DNA of 64,000 bases from a virus, in the IMG/VR virus record IMGVR_UViG_3300042090_000646, positions 14,564-78,563 of that record; one strand, 5' to 3'. Of this stretch, positions 54,584 through 63,390 are shown one piece after another; position 1 is the stretch's first letter, and each line of letters starts with the position of its first letter. The notes beneath the pieces are model-generated. The model was not told the DNA's origin, made no database searches, and saw only the letters and a list, made by a program, of their open reading frames with translations. A program made the translations under genes and the position numbers.

Positions 54584-55540
54584 ATGGCCAGCTACGACAT
54601 CCAGTTCCAGAAGGGGCTCTCGCTGCGGGATTTCATGGCTGGCTATGGCACCGAGGACAAGTGCATCGAGGCCGTCTGCAAGGCCCGCTGGCGTGACGGA
54701 TTCGTTTGCCCCGAGTGCGGGTCAGCCCGGCACTGCCGCCTCGCCAGGGGCCTGTTCCAGTGCCAGGAATGCCGTCACCAGACCAGTCCCACGGCGGGAA
54801 CCATCTTCCAGGGCACCAAACTGCCGCTCACGGTCTGGTTTCAGGCCATGCACCTGCTCACCCAGGGCAAGCATTCCGTCTCCGCTCTGGAGTTGAAACG
54901 CCAACTCGGGGTCTGCTATGAAACGGCCTGGGCCATCAAGCACAAGCTCATGGAGGTGATGCTGGAGCGCGAGGAGAAGACCGTCCTGTCTGGCCGGATC
55001 GAGGTGGACGACGCCTATGTCGGCGGCGAGAGCCACGAGGGCAAGCGGGGCCGGGGAGCAGCGGGAAAGACGCCGTTCGTGGTGGCGGTGATGACCGACC
55101 CGGACCACCCGGCCTCCGTGCTGCACATGCGGATGAAGGCACTCAAGCACGTGGACATGAAGGAACTGCGGGCGTGGTTCTCGTCCGGCTTCGTGCAGGG
55201 TTCCAAGGTGCTCACCGATGGGTGGAAGGCATACAACTTCCTGGGCGAAGCCGGGTTCGAGCATGAGGCCCATGTCAGCCCCGGCGGTTGGCGTTCCGCC
55301 AAGAGCCCCCTGTTCCCTTGGGTGAATACGGTCCTGGGCAACCTGAAGGGCAACATCGTCGGCGTCACCCGCTGGATCAGCCGGGGGCACCTGGACCGGT
55401 ACCTCGCGGAATTCAGCTACCGCTTCAACCGGCGGTTCGATCTGAAGTCCATGCTCCCGCGCCTGCTCACGGCGGCGGTCCAGACCCCGGCTATGCCCCA
55501 GCCGCTCCTAAAACTGGCCTGGATGGGGAAGGCTGCCTAA
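54584..55540 (+). CDS. IS1595-family transposase
   Basis: CPEC..CQEC Zn ribbon, EVDDAYVGG, LTDG, WVN..NLK, YLAEFSYRFNRR. Confidence 0.95.
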   Translation: MASYDIQFQKGLSLRDFMAGYGTEDKCIEAVCKARWRDGFVCPECGSARHCRLARGLFQCQECRHQTSPTAGTIFQGTKLPLTVWFQAMHLLTQGKHSVSALELKRQLGVCYETAWAIKHKLMEVMLEREEKTVLSGRIEVDDAYVGGESHEGKRGRGAAGKTPFVVAVMTDPDHPASVLHMRMKALKHVDMKELRAWFSSGFVQGSKVLTDGWKAYNFLGEAGFEHEAHVSPGGWRSAKSPLFPWVNTVLGNLKGNIVGVTRWISRGHLDRYLAEFSYRFNRRFDLKSMLPRLLTAAVQTPAMPQPLLKLAWMGKAA

Positions 55541-56691
55541 TCGTCTTCTTCAGCAGCCAGGGCCTCTTCTTGTTCTTCATCGTCGGCGGCAGGAGGCGCG
55601 ATGCCAATCAGCGAGGGGAATGGCGCAACGGCCATCATCTCTTGAAGGTTGGCGAGGGTGAAAACTCGGCCCTCGGTGTCCCGAACCACAGGCCCCAGCG
55701 TGTCATTCGTTCTCGTCCACCCCATTCCGCCCAGAACCGCGACCAGAGGGACCCCGTTCAGTCGGGCGCATTCCGCCCGGAGGGTAGTGAAGCGCGAAGC
55801 CTTGTCCCTGGCAGTCCCCCCATCGTTGATGGTCTTGCATTCGAGCATGGCCCGAAGGGTCCCGGATTGATCGAACACAACGAAGTCAGGGGCTGGGGCG
55901 ACCGTGACCTCGAATCTTTCAGCGATGGCTCCCTGGTCATGGCCGCCGGTACGGATGTAGGGGATTCGGTTCTTCTTGAACAGGGCTTCTACTGCATCCT
56001 CGAAAAGGTCACCCCGCTTGGTTGAGGTGGCATCAAGAAGCTGCCGGAACGCGCCTCCGTAGTGTCGTTGATGCAGGAACAAGGCGTAGGGGACGCCACC
56101 AGCGGCGAACTGCTGAACCTGCGGCCACCCGTCATGGGTATCCGGTTTCACCTGCTTGCTGTGAGGGTCCCCTGGCGTCCGACCGAAAAGGCTGCCATCC
56201 ATGACCCGATAGAGAGTTTTGGCTGCTACCAGCGCAATCTCCCCCTTGGCGCTGGTGCCCTTCCGCTCCATGGAACCAACCTTGCCCTTTGAGATCGGCT
56301 TTAAGGCAAGGGGCTTCGCAACAATCTTAGTCGTTTGCGCAAACTCGTCGCGCAGTAGGCCAGTGATCGTGCGGAAGACCAGAAGGGTGCGGGGATCTTC
56401 TTCGATAATCCGCGCCAGGTCTGCTTCTGAAACCAAAGTGAAACCGTGGCTTGCTCTTTCTGCGGAGGCGTACACCTCCGTGAAGTATTCGGGCTCGTAG
56501 AACAGTGACTCACGGACATACGCAAAGTCCGGGACCAGATGCGGGACATACAATGCCTTGGCGATGTTGGCGTAGATTTCGGGGTGTTCACCGTTCCCGT
56601 GATGCTGGGGAATCAATCGGATCTGCGCAACGCGTTTGTCCCACGTTTCCGCTGCCGCAATCTTCTGTACGGTTTCATCTACTGTTGGCAC
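55537..56691 (-). CDS. Putative type II restriction endonuclease (PD-(D/E)XK)
   Basis: GDLFEDAVE..APDFVV..MLECK; directly downstream of the methylase. Confidence 0.75.
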   Translation of the reverse strand: MPTVDETVQKIAAAETWDKRVAQIRLIPQHHGNGEHPEIYANIAKALYVPHLVPDFAYVRESLFYEPEYFTEVYASAERASHGFTLVSEADLARIIEEDPRTLLVFRTITGLLRDEFAQTTKIVAKPLALKPISKGKVGSMERKGTSAKGEIALVAAKTLYRVMDGSLFGRTPGDPHSKQVKPDTHDGWPQVQQFAAGGVPYALFLHQRHYGGAFRQLLDATSTKRGDLFEDAVEALFKKNRIPYIRTGGHDQGAIAERFEVTVAPAPDFVVFDQSGTLRAMLECKTINDGGTARDKASRFTTLRAECARLNGVPLVAVLGGMGWTRTNDTLGPVVRDTEGRVFTLANLQEMMAVAPFPSLIGIAPPAADDEEQEEALAAEEDD

Positions 56692-56695
56692 AATC

Positions 56696-57586
56696 TCACC
56701 CTATGAGGGTGAGCATACCAGGAAGATCGTTAGCGATGTTTTCCGCGATCCTGCGACGCGCCTCATCCACAAACTGCGAATGGATCTCAAACCCTCCGGC
56801 TCGCCGCCCCAACTGCTTTGCCACAACAACCGTGGTGCCTCCCCCGGCAAACGGATCGACAACGACCCCGCCTTCGGGTGACGCAGCTTTGATGAAGAAC
56901 TCTGCCAGCCCCTCGGGCATCGCAGCGGTATGAGCCACCCCACGGTACTGGTTGTAGGTTTGGGGCACTGAAACGACATTGCCTGGATCCGCTCCACCCA
57001 GCAGGTAGGTTTTCGTGCGATCACGCCCGAACCCCGCATCAGTGTTGCGTCTGCCGAGGGTGTCGTTCTTCCGGCGGGCGATCTCTGCCGCGTCCGCCTT
57101 GTAGGGCACACGCACGGCATCCAGGTCGAAGAATGGCTTGGGACCTCGGGCAAAGTGGAAGACATACTCATAGCTGTCCTTGGTGCGGGGCCCGAATTTG
57201 CCCGGCACCGCGTTTGGCTTCGCCCAGATGTAGGTTTCCACCCATCGCCAGCCCATGGACTGAAGGGCAAGGACCAACTGAAAGACATAGGGGTGACGCT
57301 GCCCTTTCAGTGGGCCACGATTAGCCACCCGGTTCTTGATGTTGATGATGAGGCTGCCGGTTTCGCTGGTCGCATCAAACATCGCACGGGCAAAGGGGAG
57401 GAACCACTCTACGTAGGTGTCCGGGTGGATGCGGCTATAGGCCCTCGCGTCGGCATAGGGGGGGCTAGTGAAGAACAGGTCAACGCTGCCCTTCGGCAGC
57501 TTCGGCAGCCAGTCGAGTGAGTCTCCTTGGATGATGCCCTTTTCGAGGAGCTGGGCTAGCACCTTGGAACCGTTGCTCTTGGTCAT
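56696..57586 (-). CDS. DNA methyltransferase (N4-C/N6-A, beta class)
   Basis: FTSPPY..IWAKPN..HTAAMP..VDPFAGGGTT. Confidence 0.93.
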   Translation of the reverse strand: MTKSNGSKVLAQLLEKGIIQGDSLDWLPKLPKGSVDLFFTSPPYADARAYSRIHPDTYVEWFLPFARAMFDATSETGSLIINIKNRVANRGPLKGQRHPYVFQLVLALQSMGWRWVETYIWAKPNAVPGKFGPRTKDSYEYVFHFARGPKPFFDLDAVRVPYKADAAEIARRKNDTLGRRNTDAGFGRDRTKTYLLGGADPGNVVSVPQTYNQYRGVAHTAAMPEGLAEFFIKAASPEGGVVVDPFAGGGTTVVVAKQLGRRAGGFEIHSQFVDEARRRIAENIANDLPGMLTLIG

Positions 57587-57792
57587 CGCCGCCCCCTCCC
57601 GCCAGACTGCTGGGGCAACTGGGCATAACCCTGAACATAGATGGCCACGGCTTCGCGCACGATGCAGCCAATGGAAACGCGCTTCTCGTAGGAGATGTCC
57701 TCCAGCGCACTGTATATCTCTTGTTCGAAACTCACGGTCGTTCTCACATCCAGAAGAGGGCGTCGTTTGGGCTTATGGCTGGGGTTCGGCAT
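57583..57792 (-). CDS. Ribbon-helix-helix controller protein
   Basis: RTTVSFEQEIYSALEDIS..VSIGCIVREAV; ATGA-coupled to the methylase. Confidence 0.8.
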   Translation of the reverse strand: MPNPSHKPKRRPLLDVRTTVSFEQEIYSALEDISYEKRVSIGCIVREAVAIYVQGYAQLPQQSGGRGRR

Positions 57793-57829
57793 GTTGGGAT
57801 TCCGTTGCGCATCAGTTTACACCAGTTCC

Positions 57830-57842
57830 CATCAAAGTGATG
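57830..57842 (-). promoter_or_regulatory. Candidate RHH operator overlapping the R-M promoter
   Basis: Inverted repeat CATCA-AAG-TGATG upstream of a minus-strand TAAACT. Confidence 0.5.
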
Positions 57843-57954
57843 CACTCAATCCGAAAAATTCCCCCGCCGAATTCCGAGGCAGGGGTAGGCGCGGGATATT
57901 CACCCGGGCTTTGGCGTCTCTTTAGGCTGAGGCTCGCCGATAATCAGGAAATAT

Positions 57955-58332
57955 TTATGCGAACGCTTCCCGAAGGGCGATGTCCACGATCTGCTTGGTG
58001 TCCAGTTCCGGGGTACAGAAGAACTCCAGGACCTGGAGCCGACCCTGCGCCATGGGGGTGAACCGGCCCGGGACCATGAATAGCTGCACCCGGTAGCGGA
58101 ACTGTGAGGTTCCATCATCGGCGATCTCCACCTCGTAGTCGGCGACGTCGATGGCCGTGAACGTCGTCTGGCTGATCGAGGTGTAGCGCGGGAACTCCCG
58201 GTCGGGGTAGAGGCGGTTGGGATCCAAGTCCCATATGCTGCTGATTGGTGGGGGCGGAACAGCCTGTCGGTATCTGAATTCCGGGAATTTTTGGGCCGCT
58301 TGGCCCTGAACCTTGCCTGAGACAAGGATCAT
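57955..58332 (-). CDS. Hypothetical protein
   Basis: RBS ggagg; stop codon overlaps the IS target duplication. Confidence 0.55.
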   Translation of the reverse strand: MILVSGKVQGQAAQKFPEFRYRQAVPPPPISSIWDLDPNRLYPDREFPRYTSISQTTFTAIDVADYEVEIADDGTSQFRYRVQLFMVPGRFTPMAQGRLQVLEFFCTPELDTKQIVDIALREAFA

Positions 58333-58631
58333 AGCCCTCCCTTCCTGGCCTTCTCTATCTCGTCCAGGTGCCACTGAAGCGTGGCCATGGCGTTCTCGGC
58401 CATGCCTGGATTCGGATGGCGGAAAACCACCTTTCCGTCCAGAAGCACTTGGAAGGTGCCATCGTCTGCCGCATACACCTTGCGGAGGACCGCGGCCCGA
58501 GGCTTGGCTGCCAACTCCGGAAGGTCATGCCAGGACCAGAGCCCATCCGGCAGGGGACCGCCATGCAGAGCGTTGGCCGTCCGGTGGAGGATGTCCCGCA
58601 TCCGGTCCTCAAGGCCCTGGCATTCGGCCAA
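58329..58631 (-). CDS. Hypothetical protein
   Basis: ILHRTANALHG..WSWHDLP. Confidence 0.55.
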   Translation of the reverse strand: MAECQGLEDRMRDILHRTANALHGGPLPDGLWSWHDLPELAAKPRAAVLRKVYAADDGTFQVLLDGKVVFRHPNPGMAENAMATLQWHLDEIEKARKGGL

Positions 58632-58640
58632 CTCGGCTTC

Positions 58641-58886
58641 CTACTCCTTGACCTTGGCCCGGAAATTCTGGGTGGCGAAGTTCCAGGATGTAAGGGTGGC
58701 CAAGAGGGCTCCGACTGGGACGGGGATTGCGGAGAACATCCGATAGGCTTTCGGGGTCGTATCGAAGGCACGGATAACTACGTCCTCTAGTTCCGCCACT
58801 CGATCCCGGAGGGAGTCCGTCCAGGCTCGCCATTGGTCTATGGTCTGGGGCTCGCCACTCGGGGGATAGGGTGGTCTTGGCATCAT
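58641..58886 (-). CDS. Hypothetical protein
   Basis: ATGA-coupled to thyX. Confidence 0.5.
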   Translation of the reverse strand: MMPRPPYPPSGEPQTIDQWRAWTDSLRDRVAELEDVVIRAFDTTPKAYRMFSAIPVPVGALLATLTSWNFATQNFRAKVKE

Positions 58887-59533
58887 GCCTCCTTGCCGAA
58901 GGGCTCGAAAACGGTGGGAGCCAGGACCACCAGCTCTGTCCGGATCATCTCGGCTATAACGCGCATGTCCGGATGGGCCGCCGGGGCCAGACGCAGGGAT
59001 AGGAAATGCCTCCACTCCCGAAAGTTGGCGGTCATGACGATCTCGGTCTTGAGGCATGTGGGGAGGACGGATCGGGCATCCTGTGGCTTGGTTCCACATG
59101 CCAGTAGTGCCAGATAGGCCCGCTCGGAGTCCTGCATCGCCAAGGTCCAGGCGCCCTTACCGAGGGATACGGTAGATGCGTCCTCGTGGAGACTGGAGAT
59201 ATTGGAGGGCTGGACGACCGTGATCTCCTCGCTGAACTTTCCCTTGCCGTAGTTGCAGTAGCGGGTGGATTCCTGGCTGTAGCTGGCCAGCCGATGCCGC
59301 ACTAGCTCATGGCTGATGCCGCGGTCGCAGACGATGATGAACCCGGCGCTGGCATGTTCCAGGACTGATTCGTGGGGCTTGGCGGGGTCCAGGAGCCTCC
59401 GGATGAATTCGACGTGGCTGTCGGCGGTGATCCGGTCCTCGGACTTGTAGCATGTCCTTCCGGCACGCTCGATGACCAGTTCGGGATCGGGGGTGGCGTG
59501 GAGAAGGGTGACGGAGGGGGAGATAACTTTCAT
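58883..59533 (-). CDS. thyX: Flavin-dependent thymidylate synthase
   Basis: HESVLEH, HELVRHRLASYSQESTRY, ARSVLP, NFREWRHF. Confidence 0.95.
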   Translation of the reverse strand: MKVISPSVTLLHATPDPELVIERAGRTCYKSEDRITADSHVEFIRRLLDPAKPHESVLEHASAGFIIVCDRGISHELVRHRLASYSQESTRYCNYGKGKFSEEITVVQPSNISSLHEDASTVSLGKGAWTLAMQDSERAYLALLACGTKPQDARSVLPTCLKTEIVMTANFREWRHFLSLRLAPAAHPDMRVIAEMIRTELVVLAPTVFEPFGKEA

Positions 59534-59763
59534 GGGGCTCCTTTGAGTTTCTTCTCGATATAGAGGATTCGCCGCTCACGACGTTCTTGGGCCGACATCA
59601 TCTCGGAGTATCCGGGGACGCCGCAGCAGGGGCAGCAAACGCCACCATCTAACCAGAATTCCCGCTCGATATCGGCCATCCGGAAATCTACCCGCTGCAC
59701 CTTGGCCTTTAACGCGGTTAGCTCCGCTCGTAGCGGGGATGGGTCCCGATGCGGTTTTCTCAT
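59530..59763 (-). CDS. Small Cys-containing hypothetical protein
   Basis: RBS aggagga; CCPCC. Confidence 0.5.
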   Translation of the reverse strand: MRKPHRDPSPLRAELTALKAKVQRVDFRMADIEREFWLDGGVCCPCCGVPGYSEMMSAQERRERRILYIEKKLKGAP

Positions 59764-59840
59764 CCGGTCCTCCTGGAGGTGCCATCGTTCAGGCGCTGGG
59801 CAGCCTTATTCGGCTGCCAAAATAAATTTGTGTTTGGAGG

Positions 59841-59869
59841 TTGACGTATCGGACATTCTGTCCGATACT
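59841..59869 (+). promoter_or_regulatory. Sigma70 promoter with a perfect palindromic operator
   Basis: TTGACG-17 bp-GATACT; GTATCGGACA-TTC-TGTCCGATAC at 59846-59868; AT-rich UP element. Confidence 0.8.
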
Positions 59870-59910
59870 TTCCGTGTTGGGCAACGAACCCACAACCACA
59901 GGGAGAAGAG

Positions 59911-60153
59911 ATGCGGCGAATCGATGTGAACTTCAACGGTCAGGAATTCACCTTCCGTTCCAACGACTCCGGCGAATACCTGTTCACGGGCGTTTCGGTC
60001 AACAACCAGATTTCCTGCGAGTCCGGGTTCGACTCCCTCCGCCGCATGAAGTCCGCGATCCGCGAGCATCTCCGCAACAAGATGGGCGCTGGCGTGACCG
60101 ACTTCCCGCGCATTGCCTATACCCCCGATAGCCATTCCGACTGGAAACCGTAA
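59911..60153 (+). CDS. Small hypothetical protein, candidate anti-defence protein
   Basis: First gene of the promoter-to-HTH cassette; RBS ggag. Confidence 0.65.
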   Translation: MRRIDVNFNGQEFTFRSNDSGEYLFTGVSVNNQISCESGFDSLRRMKSAIREHLRNKMGAGVTDFPRIAYTPDSHSDWKP

Positions 60154-60165
60154 TAGGAGGTTGAG

Positions 60166-60336
60166 ATGCGAATCGCCCTGGTGCATAACCACTATGAGCA
60201 GGATCACCTTGACCTGGTTGTCAAGGAAATGCGGACCCTGGGCGCGCCGGTCCTCCGGGCCGTCTGGATGGACTGCTGGGGCATGTGGGCCGCACTGGAG
60301 GGATGCCACCGCCTCCAGATCATCGAGTTTGTGTGA
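60166..60336 (+). CDS. 56-aa ParB/Srx-like fragment
   Basis: RBS aggagg; HLDLVVKEMRTLGAPVLRAVW..ALEGCHRL; stop overlaps the HTH start. Confidence 0.6.
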   Translation: MRIALVHNHYEQDHLDLVVKEMRTLGAPVLRAVWMDCWGMWAALEGCHRLQIIEFV

Positions 60337-60530
60337 TGGGCCGCCCCACCACCCTTCCGGAACCCTGGCGCTCCCTGGCCGTGAAACTGGGGGGCGTCCA
60401 AGCCCTGGCCGAGGTGCTGGACTGCGACGAGCGCACCGTCCGGCGTTGGGCCGAGGAGATGCCCCGCTCACGACGCGCCAGGGATTGGATCCTAGCGGCT
60501 TTCCACCAGGCAGGAATCCCGCCCCCGTGA
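60336..60530 (+). CDS. Cro/Aca-like HTH repressor (64 aa)
   Basis: LGGVQALAEVLDCDERTVRRWA. Confidence 0.8.
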   Translation: MGRPTTLPEPWRSLAVKLGGVQALAEVLDCDERTVRRWAEEMPRSRRARDWILAAFHQAGIPPP

Positions 60531-60542
60531 GGGGGCTTTTTC
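60521..60542 (+). terminator. Rho-independent terminator closing the cassette
   Basis: GCCCCC-GTGA-GGGGGC-TTTTTT. Confidence 0.85.
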
Positions 60543-60585
60543 GTGGGCTGGCGGAGGCGGTGAGCATCGGGGGAATCCTGGACAG

Positions 60586-60873
60586 TTACCTGCCCTTGAT
60601 GGCTTCGCGGACGACAGGAAGCAGGTTCTCGGCGTCACAGCGCAGGGGTTCATCGGAGATCGCCCACCGGAGCCCGAGGGCTCGGTTCATCCGACCCGTC
60701 TCCGGCATCGTCATGTGGGCCAGGAGGACTTCGACGCGCCCCAGGACATGCTCCAGAGTCCTGATCCGCTCGGCGCAAGTCGGGCAGGTCGATCCGGGGT
60801 TGAGGTAGTTGCCGTGGGTTCCGCAGTTGCCGGGCATGTCGTTCCTTTCAAGATGGGTGGTGCAAGTGGACAT
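60586..60873 (-). CDS. Hypothetical protein
   Basis: C..HG..CPTC; WAISDEPLR. Confidence 0.5.
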   Translation of the reverse strand: MSTCTTHLERNDMPGNCGTHGNYLNPGSTCPTCAERIRTLEHVLGRVEVLLAHMTMPETGRMNRALGLRWAISDEPLRCDAENLLPVVREAIKGR

Positions 60874-61170
60874 CTACGCCCGGCGGGCGTGAATGATGGT
60901 TTGACGATTCTGGCGGTGGGTCTGCATCTCGTAGTGGGGCATCAGCGCCTCGTCGTTGACGCGCACCTCTCCGCCAGCCTCCGAGACGATGGCGGCGAGC
61001 ATGATCCGAGCACCCCGGGCTTCCGCCTCCAGTTCCGCGACCCGGGACTTCACGGACGCCAGGGCGGCTTCAACCTGCTGCTGGTCCTCCTGGGTGGTTG
61101 GGGCGAAATCCAGGTGCCTGATGGCTTCCTGGATGCAGGCAATGGGCTCTTCGGGGAGCCAGCGATCCAT
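60874..61170 (-). CDS. Hypothetical protein (AGG-motif family)
   Basis: MLAAIVSEAGGEVRV; RBS aagga. Confidence 0.55.
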   Translation of the reverse strand: MDRWLPEEPIACIQEAIRHLDFAPTTQEDQQQVEAALASVKSRVAELEAEARGARIMLAAIVSEAGGEVRVNDEALMPHYEMQTHRQNRQTIIHARRA

Positions 61171-61210
61171 GGCAGGTTCCTTTCTGGCGCGGGATGCTTC
61201 TGGACATTCG

Positions 61211-61540
61211 TTAACGGGGGATGTAGTAGCCTTCACCGGAGCACTTGTCGCACTGGGTATCCACGCTCCGGTCTCCGGAGGCATAGACGAGACGGCCACG
61301 CCCTCGACAGTCGGGACAGACCACCTTGTCGCGCTCCTTCTGAAGTTCGCGCTTGGTCCGCGCCAGTTCCTCATGGACCGGGTTCTCAGGGACGTAGAAC
61401 GCCATGTCCATGCACTCGCGTCCGCCTTCAACGTCATCAGCCACGGCTCGGATCTGCTCGCGGGTCGCGGTGATGCCGTGTTCTTCAAAGGACTGCGCAA
61501 GGCATTCCTCCCAGTAGTCGAGTTTCAGGGTGTCGGTCAT
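61211..61540 (-). CDS. Protein with DnaJ-type CxxCxGxG zinc-finger pair
   Basis: CPDCRGRG..CDKCSGEG. Confidence 0.65.
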   Translation of the reverse strand: MTDTLKLDYWEECLAQSFEEHGITATREQIRAVADDVEGGRECMDMAFYVPENPVHEELARTKRELQKERDKVVCPDCRGRGRLVYASGDRSVDTQCDKCSGEGYYIPR

Positions 61541-61603
61541 GGCTACCTCGGGATGGTTTTAGACAGGACCGGCCCTCGTTGGTGCGGGGCCAGGAGCGGA
61601 ACC

Positions 61604-61993
61604 TTACCAAGGCCATCCGGCGGCGCGGGCCTTCTTCTCGTTCCCGGGCTCTAGGCGGAACGGATCACCATCCCATGCCACCCGCTTGCTCCACCCGCCC
61701 TTGGTGAGCGGAAAGATCACCCAGCCCTCTGGGGCAGAGGCAACGAGGTGGTGAACTCCGTCCGGTGCCTCGCCGCTCATGGCATGGTAAACCTTGAAGT
61801 AGTCGTCGGGGAGGCGCATGTCCTCAATCTTGGACGCCACCACTGCATCCATAGACCTCTCATTGCAGGCCCAGCGGCGCATGGTCCTGACTTCCAAACC
61901 CAGACGGGTAGCCAGTTTAATGACACCCCCTTCACGCGCCGCCAGGGGCCCCCAGAATCCGGGCAACGTGATTGGTCGACCCATTTTGGCCAT
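61604..61993 (-). CDS. Cro/Aca-like HTH protein with an extra C-terminal domain
   Basis: MGRPITLPGFWGPLAAREGGVIKLATRLGLEVRTMRRWA; RBS aggagga. Confidence 0.75.
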   Translation of the reverse strand: MAKMGRPITLPGFWGPLAAREGGVIKLATRLGLEVRTMRRWACNERSMDAVVASKIEDMRLPDDYFKVYHAMSGEAPDGVHHLVASAPEGWVIFPLTKGGWSKRVAWDGDPFRLEPGNEKKARAAGWPW

Positions 61994-62009
61994 GTCGTCC
62001 TCCTGGCCC

Positions 62010-62038
62010 ATTGTAGGCCATTTGGACCCTATATTCAG
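62010..62038 (-). promoter_or_regulatory. Promoter/operator of the HTH gene
   Basis: CTGAAT-atagggtccaaatggcc-TACAAT. Confidence 0.55.
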
Positions 62039-62058
62039 ATGGCCCGTCCCGTCGCTGC

Positions 62059-62274
62059 TCACGACGCTACTCGGGCATTATTGCGGTCGGGGATGGAGAA
62101 CATGGACTCGGTATTGTCGGGGCTGGTCAACGTGGCCTTGGTGTCGTGGCACAGCTCGCATTCGTGGAACCGAACGAGCTGGGGCCAGGGGCGCTCTGGG
62201 GTCCGGGGGATCCAGTCCTCGCGGATCACCTTCCATCGGCAGCCACCCTTGGCAAGGCAGATGAGTCTGGGCAT
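62059..62274 (-). CDS. Small Cys-containing hypothetical protein
   Basis: Start overlaps the upstream stop; CELC. Confidence 0.45.
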   Translation of the reverse strand: MPRLICLAKGGCRWKVIREDWIPRTPERPWPQLVRFHECELCHDTKATLTSPDNTESMFSIPDRNNARVAS

Positions 62275-62540
62275 TATTCCTTTCCTTTCGCACTGGAGAG
62301 GGCCGCGCGGGCCCCATTGAGGGTGGCAACGCCGGGAACATTCAGGCGTCCGTCCCGCTCAAGGGGTTCCATGAGGCGAACCAGATGGGACAGTTCCCGA
62401 TAAAGGATTGGCGCGGCGGCGATCAGGGGGGCGTTGGCCTCGTCGCGGACATCCGCGATCTCAGAGCCGTCCGGCGCCTCGATCAGGGTGAAGCCGATTT
62501 CGGGGTGGACCCTCCATGGACCTGGGGTATGGCTTGCCAT
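62274..62540 (-). CDS. Hypothetical phage protein
   Basis: HTPGPW..ANAPLIAAAP motif common in phage early genes. Confidence 0.65.
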   Translation of the reverse strand: MASHTPGPWRVHPEIGFTLIEAPDGSEIADVRDEANAPLIAAAPILYRELSHLVRLMEPLERDGRLNVPGVATLNGARAALSSAKGKE

Positions 62541-62563
62541 AATGACTCCTAAAGGGTTCATTG

Positions 62564-62764
62564 TTAAAATCCGATGCTGCCGATAACCTTCTGTATCTCC
62601 AGAGAGCCGAATACCTCATCCGTCTCGATCATGGCGGGCGCCTTGGTGGGATCCAGGATGGCGATGTGCTTGCCCTCCGCCAGGTGGAGCAGGGCCTTAC
62701 GGACATCTTCAGCGGTGGCGGCATAAAGCGTGATGGTGACCTTGCGGGTTGGTCTGATGGTCAT
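62564..62764 (-). CDS. Hypothetical protein
   Basis: RBS gaggaggt. Confidence 0.55.
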   Translation of the reverse strand: MTIRPTRKVTITLYAATAEDVRKALLHLAEGKHIAILDPTKAPAMIETDEVFGSLEIQKVIGSIGF

Positions 62765-62833
62765 CAGGTGACCTCCTCTCACTGGCTCAAGCCCGGGGCT
62801 GAACCGGGCGAGCCTTCACTGGATGGTTTCCGC

Positions 62834-63340
62834 TCAGAAGCCGCACTTCTCGGCGCACACGGGGCCCACGCCCAAAGCAATGGAACCCGGATCCGTCAAC
62901 TCGCGCCCGCAGATGACACAGCAACCGGTCTGGTGGCCCATGGCGGCAGCCTGTTCCAGGGTCAGCTTATGGGCTAGAGTCAGCTTGGCGATCTTGCCCT
63001 TCCCGGCCTCATAGCTGTAGGTGCCCTTCCCTGCCCCGCTGACCTGGAAAGCCATAGCGTAGCGGTGAGTGGGGTCGGCCTTACTGGAGCGCACTTTGTA
63101 GATGATGCCGTCGAGCTGGTAGAACCCCACCGGCACCAGGGGCGTCTGGGGACCCTGCCCGGTCTTGGGCAGCCATGGGAGACCCTTCATCTCGTCGATG
63201 GCCTTGGAGACCTGGAAAGAGGACGCTTTGCCCTTCTTGGCCGCCTCGACTACCGAAGTGTTCCAAGGGGCCTTGGATAGGTCGCGGCTGGCGGCCAGGG
63301 TGGTAAGGAAGTTGATCTGCTTCTCGGTAGGGAGGTTCAT
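62834..63340 (-). CDS. DUF6011-domain protein
   Basis: PTEKQINFL N-terminus; CVICGRELTDPGSIALGVGPVCA. Confidence 0.8.
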   Translation of the reverse strand: MNLPTEKQINFLTTLAASRDLSKAPWNTSVVEAAKKGKASSFQVSKAIDEMKGLPWLPKTGQGPQTPLVPVGFYQLDGIIYKVRSSKADPTHRYAMAFQVSGAGKGTYSYEAGKGKIAKLTLAHKLTLEQAAAMGHQTGCCVICGRELTDPGSIALGVGPVCAEKCGF

Positions 63341-63361
63341 CTCGTTCTCCTTCGATGCCAC

Positions 63362-63390
63362 AGTTTCGGTCCATTTGGTCCCTATGTCAA
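63362..63390 (-). promoter_or_regulatory. Sigma70 promoter with operator-like spacer
   Basis: TTGACA-tagggaccaaatggacc-GAAACT; AT-rich tract upstream. Confidence 0.75.

Larger units (their letters stand above)
54366..57948 (+). mobile_element. IS1595-family (IS1595 group) transporter IS carrying a restriction-modification operon
   Basis: 29-bp perfect TIRs CCTGATTATCGGCGAGCCTCAGCCTAAAG (54366-54394 and 57920-57948); 8-bp TSD AAATATTT (54358-54365 and 57949-57956). Confidence 0.93.

Noticed and set aside
56696-57586. Assigning a recognition sequence (e.g. CAGCTG) to the IS-borne R-M system
   Set aside because: Beta-class motifs do not reveal specificity; needs REBASE comparison or methylome data
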